A stretch of 64,000 nucleotides of DNA, from positions 19,716,001 through 19,780,000 of the forward strand of contig OZ024761.1 of assembly GCA_964016885.1 (NCBI GenBank), written 5' to 3'. The DNA is from Eledone cirrhosa. Lineage: Eukaryota. Positions 12,339-25,623 of the stretch are shown here, in pieces. Numbering within the stretch: the first letter of the stretch is position 1; the number at the start of each line of letters is the position of its first letter. A program made the position numbers and the translations under genes. Under the pieces are notes generated by a model. It made no database searches and was not told the origin of the DNA. It saw nothing but the letters and a program-made list of their open reading frames with translations.

Positions 12339-13238
12339 ATTTATTACAAAACTGTTTCATTTGAAAGAAACCATCAGGAAAGCTTTCCTGATGATTTCCT
12401 TCAAATGAAACAGTTCTAGTCTTGTAGAAGCCATTTCTATATTTTTACATGGGTGTTTCCATCCACGTAAACTTGCATATCTGAAGAAGTGTAGATTAAG
12501 AGTCGAAATCTGTTCGCCTGATCAAACCCAAGCTGATCGATATCAAAACAGTTGTAATATGCAATAAAGTGTCATAACAAACTGCAAATCTGACTTCTTA
12601 TTGTTAATCTATACATAAAGTCTGCAAACTACAGTCACCTTAAGTCTGGAGCACAACCTAATGAGAGACGGACCCCATAACAGCATCAAGTGCTTCGACC
12701 AATGTCGCTGCTAGTAACCACAAGTAACTCACATATTAACTTAATATATATATATATATCCGTATATAGTTGGCGGCTGAGAGAGAAAGGGAGTACTAAA
12801 TACCGAAGTAGAGTTTTAATATTAATTTATATTAAGACTAAAAAGTGAGTCTTGTTACTTTCTCTGGAGTTTCAACTGTTTATCACAGGGTCATGCCTTT
12901 TTAATGTGGCACCAGCACTACCACCTAACAGGAAGGACTAGGTGGGTTTCTGCTGTAGCACCAGTGCTACCACCTTACAGAGTGGACTGGGTGCATTTTT
13001 TATTGTGGCGCCAGCACTATCACTTTACAGGGTGGCTTTTTGCTGTGGCACCAGTGCTACCACCTTACAGAGTGGACTGGGTGCCTTTTTATTGTGGCAC
13101 CAGCACTATCACTTTACAGGGTGGCTTTTTGCTGTGGCACCAGTACTACCACTTTACAGGAAGGACTGGGTGGCTTTTTGTCGTAGTACCAGTATCACAC
13201 ACACACAGATATATACATGTATATATACACACACACAG

Positions 13239-13272
<34 letters not shown>

Positions 13273-13706
13273 GTACACACTCACACATATACACACACAC
13301 ATACATATATATATACATACACACATATACACACACGCACACACGATATATATATATATATACGTTATTCCGGGTTGAATTGGAGGTAACCACAGTAAGT
13401 AAGATTCCTGATGTTTTCTAAAGAATGAAACAGTTCTAGTCCTGTAGAATCTCATCTATATTAAAACTATATATATATAGCCAAAACTACACCTGATGTA
13501 CCCCTTCCATACACATGCACACGTGTGTATCATGACTCATGCACTGTTCATTTTCCTGATGTTTGTACATTACCCTATGTACTATACATACACTTTTTGA
13601 TGAGTTGTAGTGCACCTGAGCACTGTACACAATATTACATTATTATTATATATATATATATATAAAGCTAATAACTATGACTATATACCACCTCACAAAA
13701 ATATAA

Positions 13707-14315
13707 TCATAATCTATAAAGCTCAGTGTGTGGACATGCTCCTTCGTTATAGAAATCTACGATATAGAATTTCTTCAATTGAAATTTACAATTCAGTATT
13801 CGAAATAGCTTTGATTGCGTCTATCTGTGTGTGTTTATGTATATATATATATATATATATATATAGTGTGTAACGTTTTTCGAAATATTTACTTCTGCGT
13901 TCACAGATTGATTTTTTTTAGTTTCAGAAGATCCCGTTAAGGGTGAAAGCAGCGATTCTTCGCTTAAACTTTAATCTGTTATTTTAATATATATATATAT
14001 ATATCTATATATATATAATTATATATTCTTGTACAGATATTTTTGCATAAATAATAACAAAATATAAACAACGTATTTATTTCACGAGGCTCGACAGCAG
14101 CAAAAACAACAACAAAAAAAGGAGGGGGAACGCAATTGCATGCTTTTGAAAACTCTTAATGAAAAATGATTTGCCTATTCACCCAAGGCGACTTCCCTTT
14201 TTATTAGGGCTTCTGCATTAATTGGGGGAACATACGACGAAACTGTTTCAGAAAGGAGGGATAATCATGCCAATCTATGTTTAGAATCCCGAGCAACGCC
14301 GGGTCATTCTGCTAG
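13707..14315 (+). mobile_element. Possible non-autonomous Helitron
   Basis: 3' hairpin CCCGAGCAACGCCGGG (14288-14303), then CTAG followed by T. The 5' boundary (A|TC at 13707) is tentative. Confidence 0.45.
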
Positions 14316-14502
14316 TATACATATAATGAATAGTAGCCCTGTACCACTAATGCAATCATCACCATACACTTCCTCCTTATCATCATCATTGCAGCTAACA
14401 TATAAACACACAGGAAGGCCGAGTCATTGATGAGACATCAAATTCATGTAGAAGCCATTATGATTTCAAAACAAATACATTATATATATGGCTAATAAAG
14501 AA

Positions 14503-14534
<32 letters not shown>

Positions 14535-14897
14535 TATATATAAACTATATATATATATACACACTATATATATACTGTATATATATACTGTATATATATA
14601 CACTATATACATATATACTGTATATATATACACTATATACATATATACTGTATATATATACACTATATACATATATACTGTATATATATACACTATATAT
14701 ATATATACACTATATATACACTATATATATATATACACTATATATACACTATATATATATATACACTATATATATATATACACTATACATATATATATAC
14801 ACTATACATATATATATATACACTATATATATATATATATACACTATATATATATATATACACTATATATATATATATATACACTATATATATACAC

Positions 14898-14928
<31 letters not shown>

Positions 14929-15007
14929 TATATATATATATATATATACACTATATATATATACACTATATATATATATATATATATACACTATATATAT
15001 ATATATA

Positions 15008-15049
<42 letters not shown>

Positions 15050-15312
15050 TGTATATATAAACTTCATATATACTTCAATATACCATATATAAAGTTTATA
15101 TATAATACATATATGTATTTTATTTACATTTTAATACTCTATATATATTATTTAATATACTTTATATAACCTTCAATATACTTCATATACTATATATATA
15201 TATATATATATACATATATAGTTTATACAACTGGCTCATGTTAACGCCCTTCCGTAAAATCAAAAAAGAAAGAACGTGCAAAACCATTCTCATTTCATCT
15301 GACGTTCTCTAA

Positions 15313-15369
<57 letters not shown>

Positions 15370-15568
15370 ATAATGAAACAATTGTTTGGAAAGGGAGATA
15401 TACTTTAATTATGTCTCATATAAAATAATACAACTGGCTCTCCGCAAAATACATATAGTTAGCACCCCAAATGTATAATTGGGATTATACTAAGGTATAT
15501 CCTAATGTTTGTTGAGTGAGATGGATGTCGGTCAGAGTATAGCTTAAAGCTTTCTCTGTTAATGTGTT

Positions 15569-15612
<44 letters not shown>

Positions 15613-15634
15613 ATTGTTTTATTAGTTTCAGTCA

Positions 15635-16095
15635 GAGGTGGGTGGAGGAATGTGAAGAGAAGGTAAAGGTGGGTGGGTGGGTGTGGGGAATGTGGAGGTG
15701 GGTGGAGAGAAGGTAAAGGTGGCTGGAGAAAATGTGGAGGTGGGTGGAGGGAATGTGGAGGTGGGTGGAGGGAATGTGGAGGTGGGTGGAGGGAATGTGG
15801 AGGTGGGTGGAGGGAAGGTGGAGGTGGCTGGAGAAAATGTGGCGATGGGTGGAAGGAATGTGGAGGATGGTGGGGAGAAGGTAAAGGTGGCTGGAGATGG
15901 GTGGAGGTAATGTAGAGGAGGGTGGAGAGAAGGTAAAGGTGGCTGGAGATGGGTGGAGGTAATGTAGATGTGGGTGGAGATGGGTGGAGGTAATGTAGAT
16001 GTGGGTGGAGATGGGTGGAGGTAATGTAGATGTGGGTGGAGATGGGTGGAGGTAATGTAGAGAAGGGTGGAGGTGTGTGGAGGTAATGTAGATAG
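15635..16095. repeat. G-rich minisatellite
   Basis: GGAGGTGGGTGGAGGGAATGT and GTAGATGTGGGTGGAGATGGGTGGAGGTAAT units. Confidence 0.85.
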
Positions 16096-16318
16096 AAAGT
16101 AGAAGGAGGACGAAAGGTGGAATATCCTCAAACCAGGAAACCTAGCTTGAATAACTTGCAACAACACAATAGCCTCCATTAAGGGCACACAAGGGTCAGC
16201 TGGTGGTGTTAAACCGGGTGTACACCACTAAAGGCCTACCTCCCCCCCCAAAAGAGTCAGCTGGTGGTGGTGTTAAACAGTGTTCTCCCACCAGGGGACT
16301 CCACTAAGGGCCGTCCCC

Positions 16319-16785
16319 CACACAAGGGCCAGGTGGTGATAGTGGTAGTGTTAAACAGGGAACTACACTAAGGGCAATCCCTCACACAAGGACCAAGTGG
16401 TGATAGTGGTAGTGTTAAACAGGGGACTACACTAAGGGCAATCCCTCACACAAGGACCAGGTGATAGTGGTAGTGTTAAACAGGGGACTACACTAAGGGC
16501 AATCCCTCACACAAGGACCAAGTGGTGATAGTGGTAGTGTTAAACAGGGGACTACACTAAGGGCAATCCCTCACACAAGGACCAAGTGGTGATAGTGGTA
16601 GTGTTAAACAGGGGACTACACTAAGGGCAATCCCTCACACAAGGACCAAGTGGTGATAGTGGTAGTGTTAAACAGAGGACTACACTAAGGGCAATCCCTC
16701 ACACAAGGACCAAGTGGTGATAGTGGTAGTGTTAAACAGGGGACTACACTAAGGGCAATCCCTCACATAAGGACCAGGTGGTGAT
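16319..16785. repeat. 64-bp minisatellite, about 7 near-identical copies
   Basis: Unit starts at 16383, 16447, 16508, 16572, 16636, 16700 and 16764. Confidence 0.92.
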
Positions 16786-17135
16786 ATTAAATCTAACACA
16801 ACCCTGCTACGCTCCACCCACCTCAAATATTAGATGGGATGATTATGACCGGGAAAGTTCTAATTTTTAAAAAATAGTTTAATCCGGGGAGAGCAAGGTT
16901 GTGACCATAACCTATTTTTCAGTGTTTCTGACACTGGTGAGAGAGGAAGATAACTTTCTTTGATATCATAGGGCAACATGACCTCACGTATACATATATA
17001 CACACATACATGCATCTCTCTCTCTCTCTGTCAACATGAATGGACCTGCTATTTTATTTTATTTTTATCTAAAGATATTTTTTCCAATTCCAACCCACCC
17101 GTCCCCTCAATCTATCTTATTTCTCATTCTTTCTT

Positions 17136-17163
17136 CTGATGAAGGACTAGCGTCTGAAACGTT
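17136..17163 (+). ncRNA. Minimal hammerhead-ribozyme motif; degenerate copy at 10989-11016
   Basis: CTGATGA-A-GGAC tagc GTCT-GAAAC-GTT. Confidence 0.55.
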
Positions 17164-17344
17164 AATTAAGACCCTCTTCCTGCTATATCAACCGTTAACT
17201 TAACATATGCCTTCCATATACTGTAAGCGTTAACCTAATATATGCCTTCTATATACTGTACCGATCGTGTTGTTATTTCTGTTTACCTTTTACATATATA
17301 TACACACACACACCCTTGGAACTCTCTTCCCACACACTTTTCAC

Positions 17345-17372
17345 CTGAAGAAGGGCTTATGCCCGAAACGTA
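17345..17372 (+). ncRNA. Minimal hammerhead-ribozyme motif (Penelope-like)
   Basis: CTGAAGA-A-GGGC ttat GCCC-GAAAC-GTA: conserved core, 4-bp stem II and palindromic ACGT in place of stem III. AATAAA lies downstream. Confidence 0.6.
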
Positions 17373-17813
17373 GTTCCCCACCACCACCCCACTCTCAAGA
17401 GTGTGAAACTAATAAACCTTTGTTCGTACTGCCTCTGTTTTGTTCCCGTTCAATTTTTTACTATATATATATATAGGAAAAGAGTCAGGACCCCGACGGC
17501 TGAGCTCCGGCCGTTTCGACAGCTAGGTCTGAACGGAGCTCAGCCGTCGGGGTCCCGACTATTTTCCTACCAGCCAAAGTATCAAATACTCTGGTGCGTT
17601 ATGGTCCACCTGATTCCTTTCCACACTTCCTTCGTTATATATATATACATATATAACAAATAAGGTGTGGTAAGATACCAGGTGGACCATAACGCACCAG
17701 AGTACTCAATACTAGCTGTCGAATTGGCTGGAGCTCAGTCGTCGAGGTCCTGATTATTTTCATATATATATATATATATATATAGATATATACACACATT
17801 AATATTACATGAA

Positions 17814-17858
<45 letters not shown>

Positions 17859-17879
17859 TAATATTACATGAATGCCTAG

Positions 17880-17913
<34 letters not shown>

Positions 17914-17940
17914 TTATATGTGTGTGTGTGTGTGTGTGTC

Positions 17941-17988
<48 letters not shown>

Positions 17989-18180
17989 CACATACACACA
18001 TATAAGAATACACATATGCATATGAAACAGCTGGATTGTATACTAACTTTTTTTTTTGTGTGAATCTAGTACATAAACCTTGATTGACCCACCACCCAGT
18101 TATAAAAGTAGATTAAACCTAATTTCAGTCAAGCAAGAAAAAAAAAACTGAAACCAGACTGTGTGTGTATATATATATAT

Positions 18181-18511
18181 GGAGGCACATGGCTTAGTGG
18201 TTAGAGCATTGGCCTTGCAATTGAAAGGTTGTGAGTTCAATTCTCGGACTGGGTGATGTGTTGTTTCCTTGAGCAAGAGACTTTATTTCACATTGCTCCA
18301 GTTTACCCAGCTGTAGAAATGAGATGATAGAGACTGGGGTCCCTATCATTCCACTGCAAAGTGGTCGTGGCGGTGCCACGGCAAAAAAAGCACCCAGCAC
18401 TCACTGTAAATGAGGTTGGTGTTAGGAAGGGCATCCAACTGTAGAAATCAATCCAGAATCAGTTCCCGTCCCACCCTTGCAAGCAGGGAAAAGCGGATGT
18501 ACAAAATGAAA

Positions 18512-18513
<2 letters not shown>
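18181..18513 (+). mobile_element. Same tRNA/CORE-like SINE family
   Basis: Head GGAGGCACATGGCTTAGTGGTTAGAGC; near-identical to 960-1337. Confidence 0.85.
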
Positions 18514-18565
<52 letters not shown>

Positions 18566-18944
18566 AGAGTATTGAAGTTTGCTTGAAGCATTGTGGAATA
18601 ATAAGATATATTTTCTTTAGGTCGTTTTGGAAGCCTCAACAATGCAGATGGGTAATTCTCCGGGTAACGAGATCCGGTGGTGAAGAGAGAGATGTAAGTG
18701 AATGTAGAATGAGATGTTTAGTGTGTAGAAGAGCGTAGGAAAGAGCGTAAAAAATAAAAATAATAACACGACATAGAGTTACCTTGGGAGAGATTTTAAT
18801 TGTCCCTATATATTTCGGATTGACATCCATCAAGTGGGTTTTTTCCAGGGGGGGGGGGGGGGGGGGTATCTGTCGGAAAGGTGCGAAACGTGTCCTCCGC
18901 TGTTCGTTGTTTGGAATATTTTGAATATATATATATATACAAAT

Positions 18945-19205
18945 GAGATCGTGTAGGTGTCACGACAAAAAAACACACAGTCCACGCTGTAATGTGGCCG
19001 TGTAGGCAACACGGTAAAAACCTCCCAGACCCACACTGTAAATGTGGTTGGTGTTAGGAAGGGCATCCAACTGTAGAAAACCTGCCAGACAGTCCTATGC
19101 GAGCAAGACAATCACTCTTGCCTCAAGTGGGACTACCCCCGTCCAAACCCATGCAAGCGTGGAACACGGACGTTAAACGTTGATGATGATGATGATGATG
19201 ATGAT
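18945..19205 (+). mobile_element. 3'-UTR copy of the 2396-3085 RTE subfamily; related copies near 1349-1517 (+), 49937-50160 (-) and 50383-50548 (-)
   Basis: Matches 2831-3085 and ends in (GAT)n. Confidence 0.8.
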
Positions 19206-19402
19206 ATATATATATATATGAAAAGATTCAGGACACCAATGGCTGTCGTTTCGTTAGCTAGATCCGAACTCATATTACCCAAAGAATCGAGTACTCTGGT
19301 GGGTTATGGTCTAGCTGGTTTTTACCACACCCTGTCTGATATATATATATATATTCATTTTATTAAGGCTAAATAGTGAGTCTTGTTATTCTGGAGTTTC
19401 GC

Positions 19403-19440
19403 CTGATGACCCTCTGATAAACAGGCGAAACTCCAGAGTA
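19403..19440 (+). ncRNA. Hammerhead-like motif at the centre of a palindrome
   Basis: CTGATGA-CCCTCTGATAAACAGGC-GAAA-CTC ca GAG-TA. Minus-strand copies near 12860-12895 and 50715-50748 show the stem II as GCCTG tgataaa CAGGC. Confidence 0.5.
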
Positions 19441-19670
19441 AACAAGACTCACTGTTTAGCCTTAATAAAATGAATATTTAAACTCTTCTTCGGTATTGAG
19501 TACACACGTACACACACACACACACGTACACACACACATATATATACACACACACACACACCTACACTCACAACATTTTAGACCAAAATAGAAAGAAATA
19601 TCAAGAGGTTTGCACTAGAAAAAGTTTCATTATTTAGAAGTGTGCAAACTAAACAATGCTTCATACACAG

Positions 19671-19731
<61 letters not shown>

Positions 19732-19822
19732 CACACACATATATATATATATATATAACTTTGAAATGTTTTGGCCAGTATTGGCCCAGGCCATGTCTAA
19801 CTTAATAGCACCACCTGGGTAT

Positions 19823-19992
19823 ACGAGGGCAATCCCAAAAGTAAGGTCTCCAAAGCGATGGGGACGCAGAGAAACTTCGGCTGTTGGCAACACTGTTGCG
19901 AGGGGTGCTTCCTTCACTCCCAAACAAGCATGCGCGCACTTCACTGGCATGCTCAATCTTGGCTTGGCAGCCGTTAAGAATGGAGCTCTCGT
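19823..19992 (+). mobile_element. Possible mariner 5' end fragment
   Basis: TACGAGGGCAATCCCAAAAGTAAGGTC resembles mariner TIR starts. GC-richer island between microsatellites. Confidence 0.45.
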
Positions 19993-20019
19993 ATATACAG
20001 ATATATATATATATAGACG

Positions 20020-20054
<35 letters not shown>

Positions 20055-20128
20055 GCATACACACACGCGTTAACCTAATATATCCCTTCCATATATCTAC
20101 TGTACCGATTGTGTTGTTATTTCTGTTT

Positions 20129-20164
<36 letters not shown>

Positions 20165-20428
20165 ATCAAAAGATGGTTAAATGAGTTCCATGTATTTTAT
20201 TATGCGCATTTCAAAAACAAATATCATCATGCAATAACATTTGTGTTTTCATCAGATAAAATAGGAAGACATGATATGAAGGTTAAAAAACACTTGTGAA
20301 TAGTGCAGTTTTAAATCAACATATCTTTTTGATCTTATCTATTATGTATACTCCAGTCCTACAAACTGTAGAGTGCTTCTTATCCGATATCTGCATTGCT
20401 TTATTGTACTACAATAAAACTCACCTCC

Positions 20429-20490
<62 letters not shown>

Positions 20491-20593
20491 TACATACACA
20501 CACACATACACACATACATACACACATATATATATATACACACACACATACATATATATATACACACATACATATATATATATATACACACAC

Positions 20594-20636
<43 letters not shown>

Positions 20637-21461
20637 CACACATACACACACAGATATACTTGTGTGTATGTTAACCCTTTTTTAACTGTGTCAGTTAATT
20701 GTTCGTATTTTATCTTAAGATAAAAACTGATTTCGTTGAGTCATGCAGGGTTTACATCAAGCCAACATTAAAGACGGCACAATAGAAATCAAGAAATTGT
20801 CATTATTATGATTGTAATCGGTAGAGCGTCGGACATTATGCTTTACAGCATATAGTTAGGGCCCTTTACGTTCTGAGTTCAAATCCCGTCGAGGTTAGCT
20901 TTGCCTTTCATCCTTACGGGGGTCGGTAAAATAAAGTACCAGTAACGCACTGGGGTTGATTTAATTAACTTTCCCCTCCGGCAAAATTGCTGGCCTTGTG
21001 CTTAAATCACAAACTATTATTCGATAAAATAAAGTACCAGTAATTCACTGGGTATTTTGCTGGCCTTGTGCCAAAAGTAGAAACAATTATCACTATGGTA
21101 AACTTTTGATTAAAAAAAAAATTATTTCATATTTAGATAACAATATATATATATATATATTTCAGGGGTGTGTCTTATATACTAAATACAACTTAGGTAG
21201 AGTCGTGTCGGTCCCAGAGCGAGTCCCTTTCGTAGATCTCTCCCTATATATATATATTCAGGTTTGAGGTTCACCACTGGATAGAGCTGGTCAATTCCGT
21301 ATAGTCAATCGCAATGTAATAATATAGAGAGTATAATAAACCTTTCAAGGATTTACACAAATCCAGCCTCCTGTTATTTCATCATAATTATTTATATATA
21401 ATATATATAATATATATATATATAATATATAATATATATAATATATATATATAATATATAT

Positions 21462-21495
<34 letters not shown>

Positions 21496-21589
21496 ATATA
21501 TAATATATATAATATATATATATAATATATATAATATATATATATATATATAATATATATATATATATATAATATATATATATATATAT

Positions 21590-21650
<61 letters not shown>

Positions 21651-21708
21651 ATATATATATATATATATAATATAATATATATAATATATATATAATATAT
21701 ATAATATA

Positions 21709-21772
<64 letters not shown>

Positions 21773-22040
21773 ATATATATAATATATATATATATATAAT
21801 ATATATAATATATATATATATATATAATATATATATATATATATAAGTACCTTGGTCAGCCTATGAACTTTTCGACGACTTTCGCATCTCTCTCTCATAT
21901 ATATTTTAGAGAAAGAGAGGGGGAGAGGCACATAACTTTCGAGAAACACAGCATTTTGTACAGTTATACAGAGCAAATAATAATACGCAGGAAAAAATAT
22001 ATATAATACTAATCAATCAAACTTTACAAAAACTCTAGGG

Positions 22041-22072
<32 letters not shown>

Positions 22073-22142
22073 GCTGAGGATCGCCAGTAGATACATCATT
22101 TAAACTTCTAGAAGGAAAGTAAAATAACGTAGTAATACTAAC

Positions 22143-22154
22143 CCAATCGTCCAT
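22143..22154 (-). CDS. CYB5R3: Candidate first coding exon of the CYB5R gene (MDDW)
   Basis: ATG GAC GAT TGG followed by a phase-0 GTTAGT donor, in non-repetitive sequence. Splicing gives MDDWVIPILIG. A micro-exon this short cannot be proven from sequence alone. Confidence 0.5.
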
Positions 22155-23264
22155 AGTCCAGTGAATCAGTTAAGCGGAAGAAATACTAAAGTTAAGGCTT
22201 TGTAAAGAAAAAAAGTGTGTGTTTTGTACACAAACAGATGTGATGTGTTGTCTGTGAAGTGCTTGTGTAGATGTTTTGAGAACGTAGTTACCTCCCTTAG
22301 TGTATCTATATGTGTATGTAGATATATAAACACACACACTTGGATGTTTGTGTTTATATATACATATACAAGTGTGTGTTGAGTAATTTCAAGATACTGG
22401 CGAATAATGGACAGGGGCGTGACACAGAGATAGAGAGAGAGAGGGAAAGATGGAAAGAAAGAAAGAGAGAGAGAGAGAGACAGACAGACAGAATGACTGA
22501 GGCAGAGCGAGAGACAGAAAGAAAGACAGAGGCAGAGAGAGAGACAGAAAGAAAGACAGAGGCAGAGAGAGAGACAGAGGCAGAGAGAGAGACAGAGGCA
22601 GAGAGAGAGACAGAAAGAAAGACAGAGGCAGAGAGAGAGACAGAGACAGAGAGAGAGACAGAAAGAAAGAGGCAGAGAGAGAGACAGAAAGAAAGAGACA
22701 GAGAGAGAGACAGAAAGAAAGACAGAGGCAGAGAGAGAGAGAGAGAGAGAGACTCCTACACAAATACCATATATTTAACCACCTTTATCTAACTATATTT
22801 AAAACTAATTCTTCAGACGGTAAAAAGTTGAATTTGAAAGAAGGAGTTTCATCTGCTATCTCTTGTAGCACGTAAAGGAGGAGAGGGGTAACTACGTACA
22901 CAGATGGCGGTGGGTGGGGGGCACACCACGTACACAGATGTGGAGGGAGAGGGGAACCATGTAGTCATAGTAAGTGGGGTGGAAGGTTAACCATGTATAC
23001 AGGTAGCGGGGGGGGGTCACCTCTTAGACATAATAGGCAGATGGGGGTGGGTTTAACCACGAAGATATAGTAAGTAGGGGTGGTGGGGTGGGGGTGGTAT
23101 GGAATCTGTAACGAGAATAGACAGTCGAAACGGCAAGAGCTCAGCCATCGGGCCCTGACTCTTTCTAATATACCCACACACTACTCTCAAGTATTGAGTA
23201 CTCTGTTGAATAATGGTATCACTAGTTTGATATTGGTCAAATCCTGATATATTTATCTATCTAG

Positions 23265-23945
23265 AGTAGGTAAAATTTCCGAAATCCATGGATGAGTTCT
23301 CTCCAGCGGTCTCTGTCCTTCATCATCGTCGCCATGTCCTGTGCCTCCCGGTGACCAATGTCTGTGCTTAGGCCATCAACATATGTCATCCTCGATCTCC
23401 CTCTTCCAGTGTCCGTGTAGGGGCTCCCACAGGACCACTGAGTGCAGTGTCAACTCTGAATGTCTATGAGCACGTCCAGCTAACCTCAGTCTTCTCTGAG
23501 CTGACTTTTGGGAGGTTCCCATACAGCTCCGAGTTCTTCATCCTCAGTGTATACTGATTAACCCTTTAGCATTCACATTACTCTATATATACTATTGTAT
23601 TTTGGTAGTAAACACTTTATCTTAGATAATTATCTCACATAATATCGAATCTATGAGATTTTGATGTTATTTATCTTGAGAATAATACCTTAACATCAGT
23701 ATGAGTGGCCAGTTACAGCTGATTTGAACAGAAAGAGGTGAGACATTTCTGGCTGGATTTGGCTGGTTTGAATGCTAAAGGGTTAATGTTCAAGGACATC
23801 CTCAGCATCCTCATGTAGCACCCATCCACCATCTGAGTGACTCTCTTGGTCAGTGTCCAAGTCTCAAACCTGTACGGCAGCACATATTCCATTGTAGCGA
23901 CGGATCTTCAGGTCTTTTTGAAGGTCCGACTTCCACATTGCCCTC
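23265..23945 (-). mobile_element. Degenerate RTE-like C-terminal fragment split by a TTAA MITE; same family at 31420-31850 (two pieces)
   Basis: DGCYMRMLR...ELYGNLPK and LHSVVLWEP...TYVD remnants. ORF 31498-31800 reads LHSVFLWEPLHGHARRGRLRLTYVDAL. Confidence 0.75.
23562..23782. mobile_element. piggyBac-like MITE
   Basis: TIRs CCCTTTAGCATT / AATGCTAAAGGG with TTAA on both sides. Removing it rejoins the host RTE fragment. Confidence 0.88.
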
Positions 23946-24295
23946 GAACTGTGATACGCTGACCAGTGTGGGGGCTGAGAATGAATGAGAGTAAGATGAA
24001 GTATCTGTTGGAGAACGTCAAAGAGCCAAAGAAGATTATGAATGTGGGGCGAACAGCTGCTAGGGTTGGTTGAGCACTTCCTGTATCTGGGAGTGAAGAT
24101 TAGGAACACAGAAGGATGTAGTGGAGAGGATATTATATATATATAGTAAGGAGTTAACCCCGAACAGAGATGTGTGGATCACATTATGGTCTGTCGGTTG
24201 TGAAGTAGATAAAAGGAAGCACTCAATCACCTGTATAAATGGTGCAAGCTGAAGCATTATATATCAATAAAAATATGGCCTCGGATTTTTTATTG

Positions 24296-24328
<33 letters not shown>

Positions 24329-24550
24329 TGTATATACATATATATATACATATATGTATATATACATATATATATACATATATGTATATATACATATATA
24401 TATACATATATATATATATATATGTATATATATGTATATATATATACATATATGTATATATACATATATGTATATATACATATATGTATATATACATATA
24501 TATATACATACATATATATATACATATATGTATATATATATACATATATG

Positions 24551-24582
<32 letters not shown>

Positions 24583-24678
24583 TGTATATATACATATATA
24601 TATACATACATATATATATACATATATGTATATATACATATATATATACATATATGTATATATACATATATATATACA

Positions 24679-24710
<32 letters not shown>

Positions 24711-25623
24711 CACACATATATGTATATATACACATATATGTATATATACACATATATGTATATATACACATATGTATATATACACATATGTATATATACA
24801 CATGTATATATACATATATATACATATATGTATATATACATATATATATATACACATATATGTATATGTACACATATATGTATATATACACATATATGTA
24901 TATATACACATATATGTATATATACACATATATGTATATATACACATATATGTATATATACACATATATGTATATATATATACACATATATGTATATATA
25001 TACACATATATGTATATATATACACATATGTATATATATACACATATGTATATATATACACATATGTATATATATACACATATGTATATATATATACACA
25101 TATATGTATATATATATACACATATATGTATATATATATACACATATATGTATATATATACACATATATGTATATATATACACATATATGTATATATATA
25201 CACATATATGTATATATATACACATATATGTATATATATACACATATATGTATATATATACACTTATATGTATATATATATACACTTATATGTATATATA
25301 TACACTTATATGTATATATATACACATATATGTATATATATACACATATATGTATATATATACACTTATATGTATATATATACACTTATATGTATATATA
25401 TACACTTATATGTATATATATACTTATATGTATATATATATACACATATATGTATATATATACACATATATGTATATATATACACATATATGTATATATA
25501 TACACATATATGTATATATATACACATATGTATATATATACACATATGTATATATATACACATATGTATATATATACACATATGTATATATATACACATA
25601 TGTATATATATACACATATGTAT
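24296..25623. repeat. Long TA/CA/TG compound microsatellite; similar tracts at 14505-15060, 21393-21845, 39510-40105, 53993-54320, 61660-62610 and 63277-63598
   Basis: Direct inspection. Confidence 0.95.

Noticed and set aside
18181-18250. tRNA genes at SINE heads
   Set aside because: A and B boxes are present, but acceptor and anticodon stems are poor and each head continues into a SINE body.
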